From positions 171,554,001-171,618,000 of the forward strand of contig NC_042997.1 of the NCBI RefSeq assembly GCF_006345805.1: 64,000 nucleotides of DNA, in the 5' to 3' direction. Positions 61,462-64,000 of this stretch are shown here, piece after piece. The notes under the pieces are model-generated. The model was not told where the DNA came from and did no database searches. It saw only the letters and a program-made list of their open reading frames with translations. Position numbers and translations under genes: made by a program. The stretch comes from Octopus sinensis (lineage: Eukaryota). Each line of letters begins with the position of its first letter. Position 1 is the first letter of the stretch.

Positions 61462-64000
61462 CATCATCATCATCGTCGTTTAACGTCCGTTCTCCATGCT
61501 AGCATGGGTTGGACGGTTCGACCGGGGTTCTGGGAAGCCAGAAGGCTGCACCAGGCTCCAGTCTAATTGGCAATGTTTCTACAGCTGGATGCCCTTCCTA
61601 ACGCCAACCACTCCGTGAGTGTAGTGGGTGCTTTTTACGTGCCACCTGCACAGGTGCCAGGCGGGGCTGGCAACGGCCACGGTCAGATTGGTGTATTTTA
61701 TGTGCCACCGGCACGGAAGCCAGTCGAGGCGGTGCTGGCATCGGCCACGAGTCGGATAGTGCTTTTTACGTACCACCAGACCAGGGATCCTGGCTGGTTC
61801 AATTCGATTTCGATTTCGCTTGCCCCAACATGTCTTCACAAGCAAGGGGGTTGGCAAGGGTGCCTGTCGTACGGTCGCATTGAGTATTTTACGTGCCACG
61901 GCCACGAGTCGGATAGTGCTTTACGTACCACCAGACCAGGGATACTGGCTGGTTCAATTCGATTTCGATTTCGCTTGCCCCAACATGTCTTCACAAGCAA
62001 TGGAGATTGGCAAGGGTGCCTGTCGTACGGTCGCATTGGAGTATTTTACGTGCCACGGCCACGAGTCGGATAGTGCTTTACGTACCACCAGACCAGGGAT
62101 CCTGGCTGGTTCAATTCGATTTCGATTTCGCTTGCCCAAACATGTCTTCACAAGCAAAGGGGGTTGGCATGGGTGCCTGTCGTACGGTCGCATTGGAGTA
62201 TTTTACGTGCCACGGCCCCGAGTCGGATAGTGCTTTTTACGTACCACCAGGCCAGGGATCCTGGCTGGTTCAATTCGGTTTCGATTTCGATTTCGATTTC
62301 GCTTGCCCCAACATGTCTTCGCAAGCAGGGGGGGTTGGGATGGGTGTCTGTCGTCGGATGAGGTCTATATCGACTTCGCTTGCCTCAACCGGTCTTGTGT
62401 CCAAGAGGAGGAAAGGCATTCATAAGTGGGCTGGGCTCACTTGTCCTGCCTGGTCTTCTCACGTACAGAATATTTCCAAAGGTCTCGGTCTCTGGTCATT
62501 TCCTCAGTGAGGCCTAAAGTTCGAAGGTCGTGCTTCACCACCTCGTCCCAGGTTTTCCGGGTACCTCTTCCACGGGTTCCCTCAACTGCTGGGATTGGCA
62601 CTTTCTCACACACCTATCTTCATCCATTCTCGCCACATGACCATACCAGCGCAATCGTCTCTCTTGCACACCACAATGATGCTTCTTGGTACAACATTTC
62701 TCTCAAGGTGCTAACGCTCTGTCGAGTATGTACACTGACATTACACATCCATCGGAGCATACTGGCTTCATTCCTCACGAGCTTACGCATGTCCTCAGCA
62801 GTCACAGCCCATGTTTCGCTGCCATGTAGCATGGCTGATCGTACACACGCATCATACAGTCTGCCTTTTACTCTGAGCGAGAGGCCTTTAGTCACCAGCA
62901 GAGGTAAGAGCTCCCTAAACTTTGCCCAGGCTATTCTTATTCTAGCAGTTACACTTTCAGCGCACCCACCCCCCATACTGACTGGTCACCTAGATACGGA
63001 AGCTATCAACTACTTCTAGTTTTTCCCCCTGGAAAGTGACGGAAGTTGTTTTCTGCAGATTTTCGGAGGTTAATGCTCCCGAGCATCTGCCACATACAAA
63101 AACTATCTTCCCAGTTATAGCCTACCTTTGACATTGCTGCACCTCTTATGTGTCCATAGCTTACACTGGGTACATCTTATAGAGTTTCTACCTACACCTT
63201 TTCTACAGATCGAGCAGGGCCATCTTCCTGAAGATATTTGTGGATTGTCTACCTTTCTACTTATTAGTACTTGGTTTTAGCTAGGTTGACTCTAAGGCCC
63301 CTGATTCTAAACCCTCCTTCCACACCTGGAACTTCTCCTCCAGTTCTGATAGTGACTCAGCAATAAGAGCAAGGTCGTCAGCGTAGAGGAGCTCCCAGGG
63401 ACAGCCTGTCTTGAATTCCTCCGTAATTGCCTGGAGTACTATGATAAATAGGAGGGGGCTGAGTACTGAACCCTGGTGGACCCCAACCTCTACTTTGAAT
63501 TCTTCTGTGTACATGTTGCCAACCCTAACCTTACTTACGGCATCTATGTACATGGCTTGCACAGTCCTCACCAGCCATTCATCTATCCCTAGTTTCCTCA
63601 TTGACCACCAGATAAGGGATCGGGGAACCCTATCAAAAGCTTTCTCCATGTCAACGAAAGCTAGGTACAGGGGCTTATCTTTGGCTAGGTATTTCTCCTG
63701 CAGCTGCCTACCGGAATATAGCATCAGTGGTACTTTTTCCTGGCACGAACCCAACTGCATCTCATCTAAACTAACTCTCTCTCTAATTAGTTGGCTATGA
63801 CCCTCTCCGTAACCTTCATTACTTGATCAACAGCTTGATACCTCTGTAATATTTGTATCTAGGGCATCACCTTTACCTTTGTAGCAGTTGACTAGTATGC
63901 TGCTGCACCAGTCATGGGTATGACTCCTTCGTGTATCACCTGGTTGACTATACGGGTGACTAGGTTATAGCCGACACTGCCAGATATTTTGAGCATCTCT
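61462..64000 (-). mobile_element. RTE-clade LINE (RT domain, C-terminus, ~950-bp 3'UTR, (GAT)n tail); runs off the window edge
   Basis: AFVDMEKAFDRVPR...GVHQGSVLSPLLF...LLYADDL...RIRIAWAKF...RKTWDEVVKHDL; a few 1-bp frameshifts. Confidence 0.95.
61743..62330. repeat. 157-bp tandem repeat (~3.7 copies) inside the RTE 3'UTR
   Basis: Unit starts at 61,743, 61,900, 62,057 and 62,214 (ggccacgagtcggatagtgc...). Confidence 0.9.

Overview
AT-rich eukaryotic (metazoan) DNA dense in microsatellites and transposons. The repeat families look, from memory and unverified, like those of an octopus or other coleoid cephalopod. Nearly every long ORF in the track is either a microsatellite artefact or a decayed retroelement. 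Recognisable elements: RTE LINEs with many 5'-truncated 3'UTR copies ending in (GAT)n tails; CR1, Tx1/L1 and R4/Dong LINE remnants; Penelope-like fragments carrying minimal hammerhead ribozymes; Helitrons (two non-autonomous copies and one RepHel remnant); mariner, hAT and piggyBac MITEs; several tRNA-derived SINE families; and a 6 x ~412-bp tandem array built from a SINE dimer (36,951-39,441). No long host CDS is visible. Manual splice-site reading finds short minus-strand candidate exons that may form two cryptic genes: a micro-exon cluster at 58.6-60.5 kb with an LRR-like peptide, and a signal-peptide/Thr-rich mucin-like model at ~45-25 kb whose frame is ambiguous and may include an in-frame TGA. 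Both are hypotheses without transcript evidence. Scattered 1-bp indels suggest some long-read consensus error.
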